Source: Chrysemys picta bellii (Eukaryota). Taken from it: 64,000 bases of DNA. This document shows positions 1-11,858 of the stretch, piece after piece. The first letter of the stretch is position 1, and every line of letters begins with the position of its first letter. A program made the translations under genes and the position numbers. The notes under the pieces are model-generated. The model worked only from the letters and a program-made list of their open reading frames with translations, ran no database searches and was not told the origin of the DNA. The DNA lies in contig NC_088791.1 in NCBI RefSeq assembly GCF_011386835.1, positions 260,028,001 through 260,092,000 on the forward strand. The letters are read 5' to 3'.

Positions 1-2272
1 TTGCAACAAATGTCACACTCATGGTTATTTTTAACAGAACATCTTAAATAGAAGCAATTTTTTAAATGTTGCACTTCAACAAGGAAGGCTTATTCATGAG
101 ATCAGTCTACTTATGCATCATAACTTAATTTAGATCAGAAAAAAAAATTTGACTGGATTCCCCAATCTTCTAGCTATTTCTGTTCACCTTCTTGGTTCAC
201 TGACTGTCCTCCTCTCTGAGGTTTTCAGCTATAGCCCTTGGTAGACCCACACCCTAGATGCTTTTATGCACCAAAATATTGATTAACTTTCCATGTAATA
301 TAATTTGCATTTTTGCCCAGCTCCAGTACGCTTTAACCAGAAATCTCCTTAATTTATATTACTTGCGTTGAGTGAAAAGGCACTTCAGCAACCTTAATTC
401 TCAGTTAATTTTGTGAGGGAGAGGGGATGTTGTATAAAGCGCATTGAGCCTTTCCTGTCTCTGGTGTAATGAGCACAGATGGTTTTAATCTCAATGCCTC
501 TCACTTTGCCTTGGCAGGAAACTCATGTTACTTAAAGTATCTGTACAATATTTCCCAGAAAATATAGATAAACACACAACAGAAAAAGAACTAGGACTTC
601 TTTGGCTTTTGCTTACATTTCAAGACAGGTGTCAAAGAATGTTTTGCCTTTAAATTCATTGTTTTTCACAATCATTGGCTGCCTTTCCCACAAATCAAAT
701 GTACTCCAAAAGGAGGAAACTAGTTTGATTTTTTTTTTAACAGCTAGAGTCAATGTGTAACCTCAGATAAATTACTATCTTGCAATAGTGCAGGAAATAA
801 TCTAATTCTATCCATTAAACTATTTGCTCATATATATAAGCCTCCCTGTGCAAGTCCCACAGTGAAGGTAGGGTGTACAAGGAGTGTAGTATCCAAAAGT
901 GCCACGGGCTAGCAGCTGAGCAGTCCCATGCATCAGAGAAATAATAATGAGAAAATGTTGAATTTCTCAAGATACTTGGTGCATAACAACACACCAGTGC
1001 TTTTTCCTTGGAGGAATATGATAGGATCCAGGCTGCTTTGCCCCAGCAGAGATAATTGCTATAATTCATTAGAGAGGCTTATTTGCATTTTTCATTATTG
1101 AAGCACAACTTTAAAAAATTTATGGAAGGAATGAGGGTTCTGTTTTCCTGAGGCTGCATAAATAATCATTTTAATTCAGACAACCAGTTGAACCAGACTG
1201 TCTTGGCCATTACATTTCTTCTTCTCTAATAGCCATTTTGGACTATTTAATTTCTACCTCAGCTTGCTTCCAGTTCTACATGCTTTTTCAGTTCCTCTCT
1301 CTGAATGCAGCCAGCAGGTACACTCATTGGTGGTGATGAGCTAGCACAGTTTCCACAGTATTCTTTTTAGCACAGTCCAGCCAATGTCTGTCATTGATCC
1401 AACTTCATTTATGTTTCAGTTGTGCAAAGGGGAGACTTTCATGCTGGGAATGACTTTAAACTATGTCCTCCTTTTACATAAACTGATTTATTTTTCCTTT
1501 CTCCTTGCTTCATTTGCTGATCAAAGGTATTTCTATTTAAACAACAGTTTTCTCTTTTATAGACTCTTTTCTTATCTACTTTATTCTTCAGTACTCTTTG
1601 TGATACCGAATTTATGACTTGGCAGCCATATTCATAGCAACAGCCCATGGAGGTAGAAGCAAATGGTTACAACTTCATGCAGTATCAAGCAGAAGAAGTT
1701 GGGTCAAAAGAGAGAGGCACTGGTATTGCACCATTAAACAGAAGCTTTACCATTGACTTCAATGGGTGCAGGATCAGTCTCAGAATGCACGAGAGTGGGA
1801 GTTATTCAAACAGAGATACACAGAAGAATTTAAAAAAATGTTTACCAAGTAAATTGGTTTCAGTTTGGACAATCAGATGGGAAATCCAACTCTGTATTTT
1901 GTGGGGTTTTTTTGGTGAAATATGAATTTCTAAAGATGTGGAGGTTCAGTTTGGATAACCATCGCCAAACCAGATGTTGATCCAAACTTCTGGTGTCTGC
2001 AGGATAGGACTGGCAATCTCACGAGATTTCCTTTACTTCCTTGCCTTTCAAAAATTTCCATGACGACAGCCTCACACACAGGGTGGGTTGTGTTGTGTTT
2101 TTTAAGTATCTCTGCTTCTGACCAAAACCAGGAAATAGAGAAACACACACAAGAGATATAGATTCATATCCCATTCCTGACACTTTGCCTGCCTTAGAAA
2201 GGAACAGTGACCTTGTGTTGAAGCCCTGGACTGGGAACTCAGGTTTATATCCTGACTTATTTGTAAGGTTTT

Positions 2273-2962
2273 TGTGGCAGGTGCTTGTCAAGGATTCCAC
2301 TCACTACTAGGGCACCACCTCCTGGCTGCTCTGCAGATTAGTGCCTTCCAGGTAAAATGCCCCCTTCTGCTGCTTATTCCTGTGCCCTGCTGCCCCCCCC
2401 CTCTCTCCTCAACTCAGGGTGCTCTTTCTTTGTGGCTTGGCCCTCTGGCCAGGTCACTATAGTCCTCCCCTTCTGAGGTAATAAAGTCCATAACTGTCCC
2501 AGGCAGTCTGTTCCACTGACCAGTCTGTGCCCCTTCCCCAGTAGCTGGTAGGGGAACCTACGCCCATGCTCTACTCCAGGGACCCTATGTCTAGCAACAA
2601 TGGTCTGCTTTCTCCCGGACCTTTTTGCTCTTTCCCTGGATTCCTTCCTACATCTTCTGGCTCCCCGCTCTCTGGGTTTACCAGCCCAAACTCCTTCCTT
2701 CCAGGGAATAACTGTAGACTACTTAACTCCATCACCGCAAACACACCTCCTTTCTCCCACAGACTGACTGCAGGCTACTTCCCCTTCAGACCTTTTCTGC
2801 TTCCAGCTTCCTGGCTTTATACCACCCCCACTTATTCCTTCTCAGCTAGGTTCCATCTTCAATCAGTCTGTCAATGCCTGGCTCTCCCCCAGGTGCAGCC
2901 TATGAGGTTAATTAACCTCATTTAACCTGCCTTGTCTTGTGTGGTGTGAAAACCCCATCACA
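2273..2962. mobile_element. Probable solo LTR (Gypsy-like)
   Basis: TGTGGCAGG...CCCCATCACA termini, ~690 bp, composition similar to 8671-9357. No matching TSD found. Confidence 0.55.
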
Positions 2963-3696
2963 GAGCTGTCTATTACTATGTGTTTGTACAGTGTTTAGCA
3001 CAATGGAGTCTTGATCATACTTGAGGCTCTAAAGGTGCTAATATGAAAAATAACAGCAAGAAATAGAAGTTAGATTAACCTTTTTCAAACCTCAAGAATG
3101 TTTGTGTTTAATTAAAGTTTTGGATTCTGTCAGTTTTTATTTTTTCCTAACTTGTTTGCTCATCCTTCTTTTATTTCCCCAGATGTTTTGGTTTCCTGTC
3201 CTCTAACATGCTTTGATTTCTCTCAAGCTATCCCATAGATGGCCTCCAGCATTCTGGATCCTGTACTAGAAAGTCAATTCAGTGTGTTACTTACACTTCC
3301 TTCCAAGGCAGCTTTAGCCATGTTAACTGTCTGCTCCTCCCCACCACCAAGTTAAAGAACTTTAAAAGACCTAGCATACAAATGCTTAACTTCCACAAGT
3401 ATGCAGTTGAGTGCTCCTCACTGAACAGGGATGACTGCTTAGTATCTTCACAAGTCAAGTTCCTGAATGAACTCTCATAGAAAAAACGATAAAAAAAGAC
3501 CAAAACACGTGGGGTGAGCACTTTTCACAAAGTAATCATTGCATAGCTGCCCTCTCAGTCTTCATCCTCAAAGGAAACCTGCACAACACATTCAAAAGAT
3601 GAGCCTGGGAGTTTAAATTAATAATTTCGTTAGAAACTCTAAATCATCGATTGATTAGAGACATTGGGTTTTTAGCTTATTATAACAATCTATAAT

Positions 3697-4791
3697 TGTG
3701 ACAACCTGTGGCCCTATGTTCACCCCTTTTACATGACTGATAAATTCTGTACAAAATATGCCTTGTGAGGTATCATTTGAAAACTCTTAATTTGATTATC
3801 ATTATTGTCCTGGTAAAATATGTGTGGCAACATTGTATGGACAGTTATAAGATTCTACCATATGACATTACTGAGTCATGTTCCAGGTTTAGAAAAGTAT
3901 CCACACACCAGTTCCTCAGAGACAAAAGGCAAACTGACGCCTCAGCCAAGTGTCAACAAAATCAAATGGACTATCACCTGGTTAGGTAGCCATTCTTTGG
4001 CAGGAAAGAGGGGATGAGTAAGAAAGCTACAACTTTACAAAAGAACAGCTTGAGGTTCCCATCCACATAGACTTTGTCTCCTGAACCTCAGCTGGAGGTG
4101 ATTTTCAAAGGAGATAGATAACTTTAAGAAAAGAGAATAGGTGACAAATTATTCCTCCCTCTCTCTCTATCCACAGCCACAATACCCGAATAAAAGAGAC
4201 AGCTTTGAACTGTGGGAGTGATCCTGTCGGAAAGTGATTCAGTCAGTAAAACTGATGAAGCATGTGGTGAGAGACTTTTGCTTAGAATTCACTTAGCTTG
4301 TTAACTTAGGTATTAGATATTTTACTTTTATTTTCTTGTAACCAATTACAACTTTTATGCCTCATTACTTATAATCACTGCTATCTTTCTGTAGTAAATA
4401 CACTTGCTTTATTGTTTTATCTAAACCAGTGTCTTTGGAGTGAAGTGTTTGGAGAACTCCATTTGGGATAACAGGATTTGTTCATATCATTTTCTATTAA
4501 TAAAAATGACGGACTTTCTATGGGCTTGTATTGTCCAGAAGGAGGGAGCTGGGCAGTACAAGACACACATTTCTGGGGGCAAGTCTGGGACTGGGAGTTT
4601 GCTAGTGTTGCTCTGCAGTGCAATTTAAGAGTGGCAGGGCAAAGCACTCATACAGTATAGCTGGAGGCTGTGTGTGAGCAGACCAGGAGTGGTTGCTCAC
4701 AAAGCAAAGCAGAGTAAAAGGTTCTCCTGGTTGGTGAATTGAGGGGACTCTGTTGTTCAACAGTCCAGATTGTACCCTGGGTAATGTCACA
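3697..4791 (+). mobile_element. Solo LTR (~1.1 kb, LTR retrotransposon/ERV-like), same family as 57762-58873
   Basis: TGTGACA...TGTCACA inverted termini. Colinear similarity to 57762-58873 along its length (roughly 75-80% by eye). Confidence 0.8.
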
Positions 4792-4832
4792 GAAACCCAC
4801 TAACCATCCTTTAGCCTATGACTACAGAGGCG

Positions 4833-5071
4833 TTAATGGGCCACTTCGCCTTGAATGGTCTTTTGCATCATGTGTTAATTCCTTATTCTTAACAATCTGT
4901 TCCACCTGTTCCATGTAACACTCTGAATAATTTCCCCAGACCTGAAGAATAACTTTGTACAAACACAAAAGCTTGTCCCTCTCACCAATAGATGTTGATC
5001 CAATAAAAGATATTGCCTCACCCACCTGGTCTTTGTAATATCCTGGGACCAACACGGCTACAGCAACACTG
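4833..5071 (+). mobile_element. Penelope-like element 3' terminal fragment (family A) with decayed hammerhead motif
   Basis: gggccacttcgccttgaatggtc...cagacCTGAAGA...aaagcttgtc...ccaataaaagatattgcctcacccacc...ggctacagcaacactg. Homologous to 6630-6835. Confidence 0.75.
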
Positions 5072-6130
5072 GAAAAAGCTCACTGTGGACATGCTAATTA
5101 GCTTATTATTGTTCTCTGTCCTTGAATGTAAGTGGCTCATTTAAGGAGCTATTCAGCATTTTTTTCCCCTGGTGAAGACCGGGGTTAATTTTATTTAAAC
5201 AATTTTATACAGCCCACACACTGTGGACTATATGCTGGTTAATTCTGTGTGAGCGTGGTGGGTGGGAGAAGAGTACCCAGGGGAACCTCTCCCCTTCCCC
5301 TGTGTATCGATACAGGAGAAAGGCAGAATGTCGTTGCTAGCACCCCACTGAATGTTGGGAGGGGAAAGGGGCAGGCTGGCTGGCATGGCCTATTGTGCTT
5401 CACTGTGCCAACTGGGGTGTGGTCTGCAAAACAGGGAGCGTGTCCTGTCTCCTGACAAACCTGCTTGTAAGCATGTTGCTCATTCCAGATGTAGCAGTAA
5501 GAGCCACTATCTCCTGGACACCTTGAACTGCTGGCCTGCATCTACCCTGTGCAGGCAGAACAGCTCAGACCACCTCAAGTGAGCACTACTGCTCTGCTTC
5601 ACACTCCAGGGTTCCTTCAGTGGAAAAGCCAGAGTCTGGCTCCGTATACATTTCTTGATGTGACTTGCAGTCCATGAAATGAGTTCGTTGTCAGTGTCAG
5701 ATTCACTGATTGACAATCATGTTGTGTCCTTTCTCCTTCACAAATTGTCAACCAATAACAAACAGCTATTGTAACAGAAAACGAGTGCAGGTCCCTGAGC
5801 GGGAATGGTTGGTGACTCTAAATGATGATGTATGAAAGGAAGATAAGACAATTTGATTTTCTCAGACTAGGTTGACCCTATATGACTGAATGGAGCAGAA
5901 AAATTGCTTTGCCGCAGCAAACATGATATGGAAGTCATATAAGGAGCAGAGCGTACAATAGGGAATATCAGAATGTCATTTTAACTAACATTGTCTAAAT
6001 CAGAAAGACATTTAAATGATGGTAATAAAAAAAAATCTCTTCTCTCTGCCTTATCTACCCACCTTCCTCCCCAGTTAATTTATTCCAATATATTAGGCTC
6101 TGATTTATGACTGACACACCCTTTCAGTAT

Positions 6131-6835
6131 GCAGTGTTGTTGTAGACATGTTGGCCCCAGGATATTAGAGAGATAAGGTGGGTGAGGTAATATCTTTTAT
6201 TGGACCCACTTCTGTTGGAGAGACACACAGAGCTCTTCTTCAGGTCTGGGAAAGATAGTAAGGCCATGTTTACATTAGCACATATGTCAACAAATCTTTT
6301 GTTGCTCAGGGGTGTGAAAAAACACCCCCCCACCCCGCAACAACATAAGTTTCACCGGCATAAGCGCTGATGTGCACAGTGCTATGTTGGCAGGAGACAC
6401 TCTCCTGTTGACAAAGCTACTGCCGCTCATTGAGCTGGTTTTATTATGTTGACGGGGGAGCTCTCCCCCATCAGCACAACCCAGCTACACGAGTGATCTT
6501 ACAACGGCACAGCTATATCGGTACAGATGTGCCGTTTTAAGCTTGTAAGTATAGACATGGCATAAGACCGTCCCAGCTAAATACAAGAATGAACAGATAG
6601 TTTAGAATAAACAGTTGGAACACAGAATGGGGCTGCAGGCCACTTCACCTTGAATGGTCCTTTAGAATATGTGCTAACTGCTTATGCTAAACAATCTGTT
6701 CAAACCTTGTATTTAGCTGTGACACTCTTAATACCTTTCTCAGACCTGAAGAAGAGCGCTGTGTAGCTCAAAAGCTTGTCTCTCTCATCAATAGAAGTCC
6801 AATAAAAGATATTAACTTCACCCACCTGTCTCTTT
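6131..6835. mobile_element. Penelope-like family A insertion with inverted termini (minus part 6131-6253 and ~6563-6620; plus part ~6630-6835)
   Basis: Flanked by a 14-bp direct repeat CACCCTTTCAGTAT (6117-6130, 6836-6849). The two halves are reverse-complement copies of the same terminus. Confidence 0.8.
6262..6562. mobile_element. PIF/Harbinger-type MITE nested in the Penelope insertion
   Basis: TIRs GGCCATGTTTACATT / AGTATAGACATGGCA; TAA on both sides (6259-6261, 6563-6565). Confidence 0.8.
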
Positions 6836-7426
6836 CACCCTTTCAGTATTTACTGCCAGTTGAACTTGAATCTGTCTTTTAGGAACTGTTTAAAGTTCCA
6901 TTGTTGGGATTTTCTGCTCCAGCTGGTTTCTGATAAGAGGCAAAGGTTGATTAACTTACCCTAGTAAGTTACCATGGTAACTCTCACCTGTGCAATGTGC
7001 CTTCATTGGGGTTCCTTGATCTAGTGACACTGGTATAAATTTCCCTTGTCTAAAGACAATCTAACCTACTAAAACTCAGAAATAAGTAAAACATCTGAAG
7101 TCCAGGCCTTTGTCTCTTTGTAGGAAGTTAGTCATTACTCCTGGCTGTACCATGAGCCTCACTTTCTACCTTAGAAAACAGTCCAGCTAACTGACCACGA
7201 GTGGAATAAAATCTAAAAATCAGGTAAAATTAAATTCAGAAGTGCAATAAGAGCTGAAGAAAAGCTTATACATTTTAACTGTTATTGATCACCAGTAATA
7301 CTGGGAAATGACCATACAAGGATTAGACTGAACAGCACACAGTGCGGACCCTTCTCCTGGTGCTGAGTTAAGGAAGGAAGACTAAGAGCTGATCTAACTT
7401 AAAGGAGGCTGCAAATGGAAGAAAAG

Positions 7427-7530
7427 ATGTTTAAAGGGCCAGATCTGCTAGCCTCACTCACACTGTTTAGGGGACTATTTGCCCAGTAAAGTATTACTCA
7501 CGATGAGTAAGGGTGGCAGAACTGGGCCAA
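7427..7530. repeat. Short old palindromic MITE-like repeat (gggccagat...ctgggcc class; similar decayed copies near 15680-15810, 21325-21470, 23510-23620, 25983-26075, 40615-40690, 52690-52770)
   Basis: Imperfect terminal inverted repeats of the gggcc(a/t)gat type. Family not assignable by eye. Confidence 0.4.
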
Positions 7531-8670
7531 CAAGGAAAATAGGTTACTTCATCAGTCTCCATCTAGTAACAAAGGCCTTTGCATAGGTGAGCACTGAGTG
7601 GTGTCGGAGGAAGGAACCTTTCCAACCCTTATGCTCCTTGTTTTAGGGCCAGGAAGAACTGATCAAAAGGATCACCCCCTTTTTACTTCACCTGAGAAGT
7701 ACATTGCCTCAAGGGCACTGGGGAAGAGCAGAGAGGGCCATGGCTCCACTCTCCTCCTTTCACACCAGTAATGTGCACCGCACAATGAGGTATAAAACTG
7801 GACCCAGAGTTTGCACACTCGAGAGCTCCAGGAAGAATTCTACATCCCTGAAACAGAATACCTCCCATTGCTCCCCTTATGGCAGCTCAGCTTTGCATCA
7901 CTCCCCAAACAAGTCTGTGTGTAAATGACATAGCCAGCCCTTCATCAATTTCCTTATCTTCTTCTCCTCCCAAACCAGACAGGAATCAGTAGCTCAGACT
8001 TTCAAAATCCTGATCAAATGCAATCAGGTTACGTAAGTAATCATTTAAATTGTCCTTACACATGCCATTAATGGAGAGCAATGGAAGGATTATAAAACTG
8101 CCTGGATAGTACGAATGTTGGTAGGGAGTACTATATCTGCTGGCTTGAGGGAAAGGAACACCCAAAATGGGTAGCTTATTAAGCTCTTCAGGTCAGGGGC
8201 CATATTTTTGTTCTGTTTTTGTACAGAGCCTAGCGCAATGGGGCCCTGATTTGTGTCTGGGATCCCTAGATGCTGCAGCAATACAAATAATACACAATAA
8301 TAATATGTACAGTTGACATTTAAACAATCTATTCAGTTTGTCACATCCACCACTGTAATATCTGCAAAAAGGAAGTGAGAGGCTGTTTACTTGCATATTA
8401 TTATTGTGATTATAAACTTATTTTATTTTCTTTCCTGCAAACTTCATATTGAGGTCACTGAGAGGGGAAAATGTCTTCCAGGTTCATTTATTTTATCTGA
8501 AACACTTTTTTTTTCTGTATGAGCTACTTCTTCTAATGGCAACAAAGAAATCTGACTCTCCATGTCTTGTTATTTAAAAATATTCATCACACCAGCACCT
8601 GGAATTACATTTGCTGCTCAGACTCTAGCACACTAAGAGTATCCATTTAAAGTTATTAATCTTTTGGTTC

Positions 8671-9357
8671 GGTAGCAAAGCATGAAGACTCACCGCCTCC
8701 TGCTGGTTGTCTTGGAAATTAGTTCTCCAGCGTACAGAGCGCCTCCTACTGTCCGGTGTCTCACCTGCCTCAAGCCCCTGTGTCCTTTCCAGACCCCAGT
8801 GCCCTTTACCTTTACCAGACTCCCAGCAGTACCCCCATGCTCTGGGTCTCCCCTTCCAGGGGAACCTCCAAGCCCCCTCACCCACCTTGCCTCAGTGGCT
8901 ACTGCCAGTCACCATCTAGCCCCCATTCACTGGGGCAGTCTGCAGTCTGTCAGGGCCACTCATCATTGGCAAGAAGGTTGGACCAGCTGCCTCTGCCTAT
9001 CACTGGGCTGCTGTCTCTGCAACCCCAGTACCTGTTTTGATTCTTTTAGCGAGTTCCACAGCCTGGGGGTTTACCAGGCTGGAGCTCCCCAGCTCTTCCT
9101 GTCTTCCCCCAGCCCTGCTCCATTCACCATACTCTGAGCTCTCAGGCAGCCTGGTCCTTCTCCCTCCAAGGCTGGAAAGAGAGTGATACAGCTCTCTCCT
9201 GAGCCCTTATAACAGGGCCAGGTGTGGCCTGATTGGGGCCTGGCCCCAGCTATGGTTGCCTTCCCAATCAGCTTACCTTATTGGCTCCCTGGGGCAGCCC
9301 TTTCCCAAGGCTGTTTTAACCCCTTCAGGGCTGGAGCGGGGTGAGCGCCCCGCTACA
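8671..9357. mobile_element. Solo LTR (Gypsy-like) with 5-bp TSD
   Basis: (T>G)GTAGCA...CCCCGCTACA termini flanked by GGTTC (8666-8670, 9358-9362). Confidence 0.8.
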
Positions 9358-10482
9358 GGTTCAAGAAGAAATCAGTCTTCAGGTGGAGGCCTGTTAGTTA
9401 AATGATGGCAGCACGCACTGAAGTAATACAATTATGTATACTGGAGATTTTTTTGTTCTGACTCTTCTTCATAAATGTAAAGCTTTCACCTCAGCTAGTT
9501 CATTTCCATCTGGTTTCCTTTACAGTGTTTATACTGGAGGTTTACTGACTGCACTTAGGAGTGTCCAAGAATGTTATGGGAAAAGCAAAATTCCCAGTGC
9601 TTTAAAATGAATCTGATGGATTCCAGAGTTTGTTAAAAGCTCATTATACATCAAAGACTCAGTTCTGCTCCCATTTACATCAAATGGCAAAACTCCCATT
9701 GCTTTCAGTGGCAACATGTCCAGGCTCTGTATGTATCATTTATTTTTCTGATACATCCATCACAAGAGATAACACCACATCTGGGATGATACCACAAATG
9801 GAAGCAAGTAAAAATGACTGCGCTAACTCACCATCAAATTCCACTGAAGTCAAAGGCTAACCTAGATATGAATTTGGTTTTATACATTTATTTTGAATTC
9901 CTGTTGTAAAAAAGGAACGTTAATTTTTAAAGAACTTTTTAATTTTCATTTTTTGCTGTTGAATGTGACAGGGACATGGTCCATTTTGTTGGCTTCCATT
10001 GATATGGTTGGGGAAGAGGAGGAGGAGTCAGGAAGGAAATACAGGTTATCTTTAAACACGTAAAACATTTATCTTCCCCAGTATTTGTTTGACAAAGGAA
10101 AGTTCACAAAGGGGACAGTATTTGTGTGAAGGTAAATCTTTTTAGTTCCTGTATTTTACCTCCCCTCTAGGCACTAGTAATACCTATAAAAGTCCATAAA
10201 GTACCAATTTCTGTCCATTACAACCAAATAAAAATGTATTAAACGTACTATGTTTGGCTTGGGAAATCAGTTTTTGTCTGCTGTAACTGACTTCCTGTTA
10301 TAACTATGTCGGTTATAAGCGGAGTCCAGTGCAGCACATTTCTATTATGAACTACTCAATACATCTGTTTGCCATCGTCTAGTAAAAGTGAAACAGCTGA
10401 AAATGGCTTAAGAGAATTAATCTCAAAAGCGTAGTTTAAGTCATATTTTGTTTTTGCAAGTGTAGCATCTCTGTTTGCAGTA

Positions 10483-10495
10483 AGGTCAGAGGTCA
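10483..10495 (+). promoter_or_regulatory. Perfect nuclear-receptor DR1 motif AGGTCAgAGGTCA (candidate intronic enhancer site)
   Basis: Exact consensus in apparently non-repetitive sequence, near three TGTTTGC forkhead-like motifs. Function is inferred only. Confidence 0.35.
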
Positions 10496-10593
10496 CCCAA
10501 ACTTTAATTTCACTGTTTGCAATCAAGCCTGTACTCAGCTAACTTGTACTTGATTTCACACAGGATGCATCAACACTGGCAAAAATGGGCCCT

Positions 10594-11381
10594 TGTAATT
10601 AACCAGTATGTAATTTTCTGGTATGTTTCAACAAGAGAGTGACAGATATTGCAACTGCATTTACTATCTTTGGGGACCATATTGTATTAAGTTTATGAAT
10701 GATTTATGTATCACTTTAGGCCAGATATTGCATGCAACCGTGGGGGTGGGGAAAGGTTACCACAGCTCCTCCAGGAACCAAAAAAAAGTGGAAAGTGATT
10801 AAGGTGAATCAGATTGTCAGCATCTCGAGAGAGGTACCACACCTGAGGAGACTTGCATCTACTGGTTCAAACTGGGTTTTCTGAGACCAACAGAGAAAGG
10901 CTTTCGATATAAAGAGGCTGAGTTTAAAAGGAGATGGGGCCTTCTTTTGATTCAGGGAACAGATAGGACCTTCTGTCCCATGGGGGACCCTGACACTTAC
11001 GGAAGGGTTGGACTTACCAGGATCTCCTAAGACTGATGGGTGACCACTGGTAAGCTTTTGGCATCCATATAGGAAACGGTGATTGGTTTTGGTATTTTTT
11101 TTCTGTAATGTTTTTAACCTAAGAATAAATGTATTTTGCTATGTGAAGGGTTATTGGTAACTGGTGTATACTGTCGTAGCCACTGGAGAGAGGATAACAC
11201 ACGTGTTAGACCACAGTCAGACCTTCTGGGGAAATCACAGTGGAGTGCAGAGTCTGGAGGGAGAGAGAGATGTGGTTCTCCACCCAAGAGAAGTGATTGC
11301 AGGGAGTCTGAAACCTTAAGTGGATACCCTTAATGAGGACCAGGAGGAGTCAAAAATGCAGTTAATCCTGAAACTGGGACA
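10594..11381 (+). mobile_element. Possible solo LTR
   Basis: TGTAA...TGGGACA ends, TATA-like TATAAAGA (~10908) and AATAAA (~11125) in LTR order. No TSD seen. Confidence 0.45.
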
Positions 11382-11838
11382 AGATGGTAAATCACTGGTC
11401 CCATTTTTGACTATGAAGAAAAGGCCTTGGTAATATCACTTTCAGTTTGTCATACTGATAGTAACCAACCAGGAACCATTTTAGCACAACTGTTTTCAGG
11501 CAGCTCGTGTACCATGACAGTCACAACTATGTTTTATATTACTTATGAGCATGTAAAGTGGCATGGTTTAAAAACTGTATAATGGGGACACCCTCAATAC
11601 TATCAGCTTTTAAACCATATTCATTTCCTTAACAAAGTGTAAAAGCGCTAAGGTCCACAGGGTGTTTGGTGTAGCCACAAGCTTTCTATAGCATTAACGT
11701 GAACATTAATAATTCACCTTTCCTCCTGCATGCAAAGATTAATACACACACATGGAATGAAATGTGACCCTTCCCTGTGCTGAAAGACCAATATTGATGT
11801 TTTTCCTGTTTAGCTTATTCATTCAAAGGCTGTATGTT

Positions 11839-11858
11839 GGGGGGGGGGGGGGGGGGGG
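11839..11858. repeat. Poly-G tract (G20)
   Basis: Direct reading. Confidence 0.9.

Noticed and set aside
5815-5895. C/D-box snoRNA-like pattern (ATGATGA 5822-5828, CTGA 5886-5889, weak CTCT/GGAG terminal stem)
   Set aside because: It is on the plus strand, antisense to the GPC6 host transcript; I recognised no rRNA or snRNA guide; such motifs arise by chance.
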